Positions 37,237 through 46,279 of a stretch of 64,000 bases of DNA are shown piece by piece. Origin of the DNA: Gemmatimonadaceae bacterium (GTDB lineage Bacteria > Gemmatimonadota > Gemmatimonadetes > Gemmatimonadales > Gemmatimonadaceae); assembly GCA_036564355.1 (NCBI GenBank), contig DATCPC010000174.1, positions 1,576-65,575 of the forward strand, written 5' to 3'. How positions within the stretch are numbered: position 1 is the stretch's first letter; each line of letters starts with the position of its first letter. Under the pieces are notes generated by a model. The model was not told the origin of the DNA. It worked only from the letters and a program-made list of their open reading frames with translations, and did no database searches. Made by a program: the position numbers and the translations under genes.

Positions 37237-37791
37237 CTACTTCCCCGGCTCGGCGAGCAGTTGGGCGATCAGCGCGCGATTCGTCGCGCTGTTCCAGTTC
37301 GACGCACCGATGACCTTTTTCCGGATGACGCCGTCCCGCGCGATCACGAACGTTTCTGGTACACCGGTGGTCTGGTAGTCGTTCACGATCTTCCCCGACG
37401 GATCGTACAGAATCTGAAACGTCAGCCCGAACTCCCTCACGAAGGCGCGGATCTTTTGCTCGAATCCCGGATCGTCCATGCTGATCGCGACGACCTTCAG
37501 CCCCTGCGCGGCCATCGCCTGGTGCAGCTTCTCGATCGCCGGCATCTCATCGCGGCACGGCAGACAGAAGGTGCCCCAGATGTTGAGGAGCACGACCTGT
37601 CCCTTGTAGTCGGCGAGCGTCTTCGTGCGCGGTGGCGCGGAGTCGACCGTCGCAGCTCGAAATTGCGGGGCCCTGGAGCCCACCGAGACGGGATACAGCT
37701 GGTCGCCGAACACGCGGGAGGCGACGAACAACCCGCCGCCGAGCACGACGACGATCATCGCGACGATGGACCACTGCTGCCGCGAGGTCAT
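37237..37791 (-). CDS. TlpA/redoxin-family thiol:disulfide oxidoreductase, membrane-anchored
   Basis: 184 aa from the ATG at 37789-37791. TM anchor, then VVLLNIWGTFCLPCRDEMP (CxxC). Confidence 0.85.
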   Translation of the reverse strand: MTSRQQWSIVAMIVVVLGGGLFVASRVFGDQLYPVSVGSRAPQFRAATVDSAPPRTKTLADYKGQVVLLNIWGTFCLPCRDEMPAIEKLHQAMAAQGLKVVAISMDDPGFEQKIRAFVREFGLTFQILYDPSGKIVNDYQTTGVPETFVIARDGVIRKKVIGASNWNSATNRALIAQLLAEPGK

Positions 37792-38453
37792 GCCCGCTCC
37801 GTGCAGAATGAGCGCAGCGCGGCAATCTCGGCCCGCGGATCCGGCGCGGTGAACACCGCGTTGCCGGCCACGAAAGTGTCCGCTCCCGCGCGCCACACCT
37901 GTGCGATCGTGTCGCGATTGATGCCGCCGTCGACCTCGAGCGCGGCCCGACTCTTCGTCTCGCTGAGCAGCGCGCGCGCCCTGCGCACCTTGTCGGGCGA
38001 GCTCGCGATGAACGACTGTCCGCCGAACCCGGGATTCACGCTCATGATCAGCAGCACGTCGAGCTCGGATGCGACCTCGCGAACCGCCTCGATCGATGTC
38101 GACGGATTGAGCGCGACCCCCGCGCCGCATCCCAGCTCCCGAATGCGAGCGAGCTGCCGGTGCAGATGCGGCGCCGCCTCGGCGTGGATCGTCAGCGTGT
38201 TCGCGCCGGCTTTCGCGAAGGCATCGAAATAGTTCTCGGGCTCCACCACCATCATATGCACATCGAGCGGCAGCTTCGTCAGCTTCCTCACCGTTTCGAT
38301 CACCTTGGTGCCAAACGTGAGATTCGGAACGAAGCGACCGTCCATGACGTCGACGTGAATCCAGTCGGCGCCGCCGGCCTCGAGGCGCGCGACGTCGTCC
38401 GCGAGATGGCCGAAGTCGGCGCTGAGAATCGAGGGCGCGATGCGGCAGGTCAT
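37788..38453 (-). CDS. rpe: Ribulose-phosphate 3-epimerase
   Basis: 221 aa. Motifs seen: IAPSILSADF, HVDVMDGRFVPN, MSVNPGFGGQ. Confidence 0.95.
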   Translation of the reverse strand: MTCRIAPSILSADFGHLADDVARLEAGGADWIHVDVMDGRFVPNLTFGTKVIETVRKLTKLPLDVHMMVVEPENYFDAFAKAGANTLTIHAEAAPHLHRQLARIRELGCGAGVALNPSTSIEAVREVASELDVLLIMSVNPGFGGQSFIASSPDKVRRARALLSETKSRAALEVDGGINRDTIAQVWRAGADTFVAGNAVFTAPDPRAEIAALRSFCTERA

Positions 38454-39190
38454 GGTGCCCGCCGTGGCGTAGCGACGCGGAGACGCACGGTCACTCCCGG
38501 CGGCGCCGGCTCGTTCCCGGCGGGATCCTGACTAGTCACCGTTCCCTCCGGCGCGCCGGGTGTCGTGGTATCCACGACCGCTGGCGCCACGCGAAATCCC
38601 ACCTGCATCAGAAGCTGCGCGGCCGAGGCGTACGATTGCCCGATGACATCGGGAACCGCGAGGTGCGACGGACCACCACTCACCACCAACGACACCTCGG
38701 ATTGCAGCGGCGTCTTCTCGCCGCCGGTCGGCGACGACGACAGTACCTGCCCGCGCGGCGACGGACTCTCGCGCGACGTGACGTCGCCCGCGTCGAGTCC
38801 GGCGTTCTGCAGCGCGAGCTCCGCCTGCTGCCGCGTCAGTCCGACGAGCTGCGGCACCTGCGTGGTGCGCTGCCCCTGGCTCACGTCGAGCACGACTTTC
38901 GTCCCCGCCGGCATCACGGCATCGGGAAGGGGATTCTGGCCGAGCACCTGGCCGGATGCGGCGCCGGCCGTGAAGCGCTGCTCGCCGCGCTGCGCCGCGA
39001 AGCCGAGCTTCTGCAGCTGCGCAGCCGCCGCATCGTAGGTCTGTCCGACGACGTTTGGCACTTTGGTATCGCTCGTGACCAGATGCGCCGGGAAGATGAA
39101 GAAAGCGACGATCAAATAAGCGAAGAGAAATCCGCTCATGATGACGACGAGATATGGGATCGAGCGGCGGGCGGAGCCGCGCAGCGTCAC
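38450..39190 (-). CDS. Membrane-anchored protein with three PASTA domains; no kinase or PBP domain
   Basis: The GTG at 39188-39190 overlaps the rsmB stop (GTGA). TM segment IPYLVVIMSGFLFAYLIVAFFIF. Three repeats begin VPNVVGQTYDAAAAQL, VPQLVGLTRQQAELAL and VPDVIGQSYASAAQLL. Confidence 0.8.
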   Translation of the reverse strand: MTLRGSARRSIPYLVVIMSGFLFAYLIVAFFIFPAHLVTSDTKVPNVVGQTYDAAAAQLQKLGFAAQRGEQRFTAGAASGQVLGQNPLPDAVMPAGTKVVLDVSQGQRTTQVPQLVGLTRQQAELALQNAGLDAGDVTSRESPSPRGQVLSSSPTGGEKTPLQSEVSLVVSGGPSHLAVPDVIGQSYASAAQLLMQVGFRVAPAVVDTTTPGAPEGTVTSQDPAGNEPAPPGVTVRLRVATPRRAP

Positions 39191-40533
39191 CCGCTCACCC
39201 TCCGGAGCCGCGCCGCGAACGCGCCGTCCACGCCGCTCCGTTGCGGGAGCACGCGTAGGCGGCCGGCATCGAGCACGCTCGCCGGCACGACACCCTCCGC
39301 CGGCGGCTCCAGCTGCCAGTCGCTCCGCTCGGCGAGGAAGCTCTCGATTTGCGCGTCGTTCTCCTCGGGCTCGAGGGAGCAGGTGCTGTAGATGAGCAGG
39401 CCGCCCGGACGCACGGCGGCGGCCGCGGCGCGCAGGATGCTGCGCTGCAGCGCCGCCATCACCGCGAGGTCCGAGATGCGCAGACGCCACCGCGCATCAG
39501 GATGACGGCGCAGCGTGCCCGTTCCGGTGCAGGGAACGTCGAGGAGCACCGCGTCCATCTCGCGCACGGCGGGATGGCGCGCATCCATCACGACCGACGA
39601 GATGTTGCGCGCCTCGACGCGCCGCAGATTCTCGAGCAGCCGCTGCGTGCGATGCAGGTTGCGGTCTCCGGCGACGACGAGTGATGCCGTGCGCGAGAGC
39701 TCCAGCGTCTTCCCGCCTGGCGCTGCGCAGAGATCCGCGACGCGCGCATCCGGCGGCACGTCCGCGTACTGCGTGACGAGCGTCGACGCGGGATCCTGGA
39801 CGAAGAACAATCCCTTGCGAAACGCGCCGAGCTCCGTGAGCGAAACCCCGTGCGGAAGCTGGATGCTGTCGCGAAGCAGCGGGCTCTCCGACACATCGAC
39901 GCCCGCGTCTTCGAGCATCGTCTCGAGCTGCTCGCGCACGATGCCGTATGGGCGCAGCACCGTGGACGGCTCGGTGTTGTTCGCGATGAGCAGCTGCTCG
40001 GTCTCCGCGGCGCCCCACCGCGCGACCCATCGCGCCACGAGCCAGCGCGGGTGCGAGTGATGCAGCGCGAGCGCGTCCACCGGGTCGGTGAGCCTGGGAA
40101 GCGTGAGTGCCTCGCGCTCGCGATCCACGCGCCGCAGCACCGCGTTCGCCAGCTTGCTGGCGCCGATGCCGTGGCGCTGCTTCGCGAGCTCCACCGTCTG
40201 TGCGATCGCGGCGTACGCCGGAACGCTGCGCATCGAGAGCAGCTGATAGGCGCCCAGCCGGAGCAGATCGCCGAGATCGGGATCGAGGCGCACGAGGCCG
40301 CCCTTCACGCGCTCGCTCAGATATGCGTCTAGGATGCTGCGACGGCGGAGCATTCCGTACAGGAGCTCCTGCGTCCAGCGACGGTCGCGCGCATCGAGCG
40401 GTCCAACGCGCGCCTCGAACGCGACGTCGAGCAGCTGGCCACGGCGAAGATCCGCGCACAGATCCGCCGCGATGCGTCGCGAGTCGGTGACCCCGGCAAC
40501 CGGGCGGACGAGGGTCGGCGGCCGCTCCGTCAT
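39187..40533 (-). CDS. rsmB: 16S rRNA (cytosine967-C5)-methyltransferase
   Basis: 448 aa from the ATG at 40531-40533. N-terminal NusB-like region (RRWTQELLYGMLRR) and an SAM-methyltransferase core (DLCAAPGGKT, DVPCTGTGTLRRHPD, YSTCSLEPEEN). Confidence 0.9.
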   Translation of the reverse strand: MTERPPTLVRPVAGVTDSRRIAADLCADLRRGQLLDVAFEARVGPLDARDRRWTQELLYGMLRRRSILDAYLSERVKGGLVRLDPDLGDLLRLGAYQLLSMRSVPAYAAIAQTVELAKQRHGIGASKLANAVLRRVDREREALTLPRLTDPVDALALHHSHPRWLVARWVARWGAAETEQLLIANNTEPSTVLRPYGIVREQLETMLEDAGVDVSESPLLRDSIQLPHGVSLTELGAFRKGLFFVQDPASTLVTQYADVPPDARVADLCAAPGGKTLELSRTASLVVAGDRNLHRTQRLLENLRRVEARNISSVVMDARHPAVREMDAVLLDVPCTGTGTLRRHPDARWRLRISDLAVMAALQRSILRAAAAAVRPGGLLIYSTCSLEPEENDAQIESFLAERSDWQLEPPAEGVVPASVLDAGRLRVLPQRSGVDGAFAARLRRVSG

Positions 40534-41333
40534 TCGAGCATCCCCACGGATGGCGACGATGGCACCGCCACTTCGCGGCGCGGCATGCGGCCCGCGAGAT
40601 GCGCCTGGCGACCCGCGTCGACCGCGAGCCGCATCGCGTGCGCCATGCGCACGGAATCCTCGGCCGCCGCGAGAGCGGTGTTCATCAGGATGCCATCGAC
40701 GCCCTGCTCCATCGTGACGCACGCGTCGCTCGCGGTGCCCACGCCGGCGTCGACGATCACCGGGACCGAGAGGCGATGCTTGATCGTGCGAATGGAGTAC
40801 GGGTTGAGCAGCCCGAGTCCCGAGCCGATCGGCGAGGCGAGCGGCATCACCGCCGCCGCCCCGGCATCCTCGAGGCGCAGCGCCGTGATGAGGTCGTCGT
40901 TCGTGTATGCGAGCACCACGAAGCCCTCGGCGACGAGCGTGCGCGTCGCCTCGAGCAGCGCCGCGGTGTCGGGGAGGAGCGTGTCCTGGTCGCCGATGAC
41001 CTCCAGCTTCACCCACTCGTTGAATCCAGCGGCACGCGCGAGCCGCGCGTAACGCACGGCGTCCGCCGCGTTGTAGCAGCCGGCGGTGTTCGCGAGCAGG
41101 AAGTATCGCGTTGGGTCGAGGTGCGGGAGCACGCCGTCATCCCTGCTGCGATTCAGATCGACGCGACGCACGGCCACCGTCACCACCTCGGCGCCCGACG
41201 CGTCGATCGCGCGAACCATCTCCTCCGGCGACTTGTACTTGCCCGTGCCGACCATGAGCCGCGAACGGAGCGCGCGTCCCGCGATCACGAAGGGCGTGTC
41301 GGTGCCGCCGGCAACCAGCGTGGACGCCGTCAT
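40530..41333 (-). CDS. thiG: Thiazole synthase
   Basis: 267 aa. Motifs seen: LMVGTGKY, TVAVRR, LLANTAGC, VMPLASPIGSGLG, VIVDAGVGTASDA. Confidence 0.95.
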   Translation of the reverse strand: MTASTLVAGGTDTPFVIAGRALRSRLMVGTGKYKSPEEMVRAIDASGAEVVTVAVRRVDLNRSRDDGVLPHLDPTRYFLLANTAGCYNAADAVRYARLARAAGFNEWVKLEVIGDQDTLLPDTAALLEATRTLVAEGFVVLAYTNDDLITALRLEDAGAAAVMPLASPIGSGLGLLNPYSIRTIKHRLSVPVIVDAGVGTASDACVTMEQGVDGILMNTALAAAEDSVRMAHAMRLAVDAGRQAHLAGRMPRREVAVPSSPSVGMLE

Positions 41334-41563
41334 CCACCGCCCACGAAGTGGACGATCTCCACGGAGTCGCCAGTGGCGAGCACCATCGAGTCGAATCGCG
41401 TGCGATCGCGAACGATCTCCCGGTTGTGCTCCACCACGACCGCGTCCGCGCTGACGGAAAGCTCGCGCAAAAGGTCGCCCAGGGTGCTGCCGGCCGCGAC
41501 CGTGCGCTCCTCGCCATTGACGACGGGGATCACTCCATCAGGACTGACCGCGCGCTCCATCAT
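41330..41563 (-). CDS. thiS: Sulfur-carrier protein ThiS
   Basis: Ends ...GDSVEIVHFVGGG (C-terminal GG). Its stop overlaps the thiG start (ATGA). The start is either the ATG at 41563, which overlaps the thiE end, or the GTG at 41533, which gives 67 aa. Confidence 0.8.
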   Translation of the reverse strand: MMERAVSPDGVIPVVNGEERTVAAGSTLGDLLRELSVSADAVVVEHNREIVRDRTRFDSMVLATGDSVEIVHFVGGG

Positions 41564-42176
41564 AGTGTGAAAGATAGTCGGACGCCGCGGCTTCCGCAGA
41601 CGCCGCGCCCCAGATTCCGGTGATCGCCGCGACCCCGTACGCCCCGGCGTCACGGAGCGCTCCGACGTGCGCGGGCCGGACACCGCCGATCGCGATGCAC
41701 GGCAGCGTAATCCTCTCCGACACCGCGGCTACGAGCTCCGCGCCTCGGCCGGGCATCCCCGCGTGCGACGCGGTGGGGAACACGTGGCCGGCGACCACCC
41801 AGTCCGCGCCGTCGCGCTCCGCGGCCATCGCCTCGACGGCGCTGTGGATGCTCGCGCCGAGCGGAAGCTCACCCGCGACGAGCCGCGCGTCGGCGACGGT
41901 GAGAGAGCGCGTGGTGAGCTGCGCGGCGTGCGTGCGTGCTGCGAGCGCGACGTCGAGCCGCTCGTTCACCACGAGCCAGCACCCGGTGCTCTCCTGCGCG
42001 TCTCCGAGCGCGAGCGCGATCGCGTAGACCTGTGCGGCGGTGAGGTAGCGCGCGCGGAGATGCACCGCTCCCCGCGGGCCGAGAGCGTGCATGACGCCGC
42101 GCGCGCGGGAAGTAAACTCGGGATGCGCGAGGATCAGGTCATCGGTGACGGCGTGGATGCGGGGGACGGCGAGCAT
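41538..42176 (-). CDS. thiE: Thiamine-phosphate synthase
   Basis: 212 aa. Motifs seen: IHAVTD, VHLRAR, VGASIHS, CIAIGGV. The ATG directly abuts the fmt stop (TAGATG). Confidence 0.9.
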   Translation of the reverse strand: MLAVPRIHAVTDDLILAHPEFTSRARGVMHALGPRGAVHLRARYLTAAQVYAIALALGDAQESTGCWLVVNERLDVALAARTHAAQLTTRSLTVADARLVAGELPLGASIHSAVEAMAAERDGADWVVAGHVFPTASHAGMPGRGAELVAAVSERITLPCIAIGGVRPAHVGALRDAGAYGVAAITGIWGAASAEAAASDYLSHYDGARGQS

Positions 42177-43118
42177 CTACGCGCCGAGCCGCTCTCCGAC
42201 CTCGATGCCGCGCCCGCGCATCCACTCCTCGGGATTGACGCGGGTACGCCCGGCCGGTTGCGCGCAGACGATCATCACCGCGCCGGTGCCGCAGGTGACG
42301 ACCATCCCGCGACCATCGATCGAGACGACGGTGCCGGGCGCGTGAGCGCTCTCGGATGGCGCGTCGGCGGCCGCGGCGCCGAACAGCTTGACCTCGCCGT
42401 CGCGATGCGTCGTGAAGGCGCCCGGCCTCGGGTCGTACGCGCGCACGTGACGGGCGATCGCGTCGGCGCTCTCGCTCCAGTTCACGCGCGCCATCTCGCG
42501 AAGAATCTTGGGCGCGAAGGTCGCCCTCGAATCGTCCTGCGGCGTTTCGGGAAGCCGGTTGAGCGACATCAGCGTGAGCGCCTCGACGAGCGCCAGCGCG
42601 CCCAGCTCGGAAAGGCGCGCCTCGAGCTCGCCCGCCGTCTCGTCCCGCGCGACCGGCGTGCGCGCCTGGAGCAGTATCGGCCCGGCGTCGAGCTCCTTCA
42701 CCATGCGCATGACGGTTACACCCGTCTCCGTGAGTCCCGCGCGCACCGCGCCCTGAATCGGCGCCGCACCGCGCAGCGCCGGCAACAGCGACGCGTGCAG
42801 GTTGATCGTGCCGTGCGTCGGCAGTGCGATCACCGACTCACGCAGAATGTGCCCGTACGAGACGACGACGCTGAGGTCGGGCTCGAGCGCGCGAAACTGC
42901 TGGAGGAACAGTTCGTCCTTCGGCGTCTCCGGCTGAAACAGCGGCAGCTTCTCGGCGAGCGCCACTCTCTTCACCGGCGGCGGCACCAGTGTGGAGCGCG
43001 AGCGGCCCACCGCGCGATCCGGCTGCGTCACCACGCCGACCACGTCGAAGCCCTCGCCGAGGAGCGCCCGCAGCGCTGGGACGGCGAAGCTCGACGTGCC
43101 CCAGAAAACCAGCCGCAC
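42177..43118 (-). CDS. fmt: Methionyl-tRNA formyltransferase
   Basis: From the GTG at 43116-43118: VRLVFWGTSSFAVPALRAL...VVTQPDRAVGR...YGHILR...NLHASLLPALRGAAPIQ. Confidence 0.95.
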   Translation of the reverse strand: MRLVFWGTSSFAVPALRALLGEGFDVVGVVTQPDRAVGRSRSTLVPPPVKRVALAEKLPLFQPETPKDELFLQQFRALEPDLSVVVSYGHILRESVIALPTHGTINLHASLLPALRGAAPIQGAVRAGLTETGVTVMRMVKELDAGPILLQARTPVARDETAGELEARLSELGALALVEALTLMSLNRLPETPQDDSRATFAPKILREMARVNWSESADAIARHVRAYDPRPGAFTTHRDGEVKLFGAAAADAPSESAHAPGTVVSIDGRGMVVTCGTGAVMIVCAQPAGRTRVNPEEWMRGRGIEVGERLGA

Positions 43119-43671
43119 TACAGCTCCTCGTCGCGAACGTGGTGGTCCGCGGTCTCGCGCGGCGGCATGGTGCGCGTGAGCGACTTGTCCTTGCCGCGCA
43201 GCTTTCGCCACTTCTTCATCGCGGCCTGCCGCTTCAGCAGGCTCAGATAATCGATGAACAGGCGGCCGTGCAGATGATCGATCTCGTGCTGGAGGCAGCG
43301 CGCGAGGAGATCAGCCGCGTCGATCTCGATCGGCTTGCCGTCGCGGTCGAGCGCGCGAACGACCACGTGCTTCGCGCGCGTGACGTCGCCGTAGATCTCG
43401 GGAATCGAGAGGCACCCCTCTTCGCCCGTCTGCTCCCCGTCGCTCTCGACGATCTCGGGATTCACGAGCGCGTATTGCGTCTTGTCGACATCGATGACGC
43501 AGATGCGCTCGAGGCGCCCCACCTGCGTCGCCGCGAGCCCGATGCCGCGCGCCACATGCATCGTCTCGAACATGTCATCGATCAGGCGACGATGCGCATC
43601 CGTGACCTCGCTCAGCACGGTCGTCTCCTGGCGGAGGATCGGCGCATCGAGGACATAGATATCCAGCGGGG

Positions 43672-43675
<4 letters not shown>
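43118..43675 (-). CDS. def: Peptide deformylase
   Basis: 185 aa. Motifs seen: GIGLAATQVG, EGCLSIP, QHEIDHLHG. Confidence 0.95.
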
Positions 43676-45218
<1,543 letters not shown>

Positions 45219-45223
45219 TCACG

Positions 45224-46279
45224 TCAGATGACCGCCATCGCGTCGCCGTAGGAATAGAACCGGTACCCCGCATCAACCGCCTCTCCGTACGCGCGCATCG
45301 TGAGTTCGTAGCCGGCAAGCGCGGCGACCAGCATCAGGAGCGTCGAGCGCGGAAGATGAAAATTCGTGATGAGTTTGTCTACGCTGCGAAAAGTATAGGG
45401 AGGGCGAACGAAAAGACGCGTCTCGCCCCGCGCCGCCGCGAAGCTACCGTCCGCGCGAACGGCGCTCTCGAGTGCCCGTGCGCTCGTGGTGCCCAGCGCC
45501 CAGATCTTCCCGCCACGCGCTCGCGCATCGTTGAGCACCGCCGCGCTCTCGGCCGACAGCTCGTACCGTTCCTCGTGCATCGGATGGAGCGCCGGATCCT
45601 CCACCTCCACCGGCTTGAAGGTGCCGGCGCCCACATGGAGCACCAGATCCACGCGCCGCACTCCGCGTGCAGCGAGCTCCGCGAGCAGCGCGTCGGTCAT
45701 GTGCAGCCCCGCGGTGGGCGCCGCCACCGATCCGTTCTCACGCGCATACACGGTTTGATATCGCTCCGCGTCGGCGGTCGTATCCGCACGCGCGATGTAC
45801 GGAGGAAGCGGAATGTGTCCGTGGCGCTCGATCGCCGCGCCGACGTCGCCTTCCGCGCTCAACCGGACGATGCGAGTGCGGCGGTCGGTCAGCGCCACGA
45901 TCTCCACGTCGAATCCGTCCGCGATACGCACGTGGCGGCCGGGATGCAGCTTTCCGCCCGGGCTCACCATCGCCTCCCACGTGCCATCGGCCAGCGGTCG
46001 CAGGAGCAGAATCTCGGCGGGTGCGCCGGAGTCGCGCGTGCCGAGGAGCCGCGCACGCATCACCTTCGTGGTGTTGAGCACGAGCGCATCGCCCGGCGCG
46101 ATGATCGTCGGGAGCTCGGCGAACGCGCGGTGTGCGATCGCGCCCGTCGAGCGATTCACGGTGAGCAGCCTGCTCGCGTCGCGCCGTTCCAGCGGAAGCT
46201 GGGCGATCTGCGCGGTGGGAAGCTCGAAGTCGTAGTCGGACGTACGCGTCCCGCGCGTGTGCGCGTTCGGCGCGCTCAC
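45224..46279 (-). CDS. queA: S-adenosylmethionine:tRNA ribosyltransferase-isomerase
   Basis: The GTG at 46277-46279 overlaps the upstream stop (GTGA). Motifs seen: DYDFELPTAQIAQ, PLPPYI, YQTVYA, SVAAPTAGLH, HVGAGTFKPV, FYSYGDAM. Confidence 0.95.
   Translation of the reverse strand: MSAPNAHTRGTRTSDYDFELPTAQIAQLPLERRDASRLLTVNRSTGAIAHRAFAELPTIIAPGDALVLNTTKVMRARLLGTRDSGAPAEILLLRPLADGTWEAMVSPGGKLHPGRHVRIADGFDVEIVALTDRRTRIVRLSAEGDVGAAIERHGHIPLPPYIARADTTADAERYQTVYARENGSVAAPTAGLHMTDALLAELAARGVRRVDLVLHVGAGTFKPVEVEDPALHPMHEERYELSAESAAVLNDARARGGKIWALGTTSARALESAVRADGSFAAARGETRLFVRPPYTFRSVDKLITNFHLPRSTLLMLVAALAGYELTMRAYGEAVDAGYRFYSYGDAMAVI

Noticed and set aside
39187-41016. Apparent giant ORFs with long N-terminal extensions (39187..41016, 45224..46852, 34922..36790, 38450..39490, 42177..43211), which might suggest fusion proteins.
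   Set aside because: The extensions overlap the upstream neighbour's coding region in another frame and are Arg/Gly/Ala-rich. In each case an internal ATG or GTG forming an ATGA/GTGA overlap with the neighbour's stop gives a protein of canonical length (rsmB, queA, lgt, PASTA protein, fmt).
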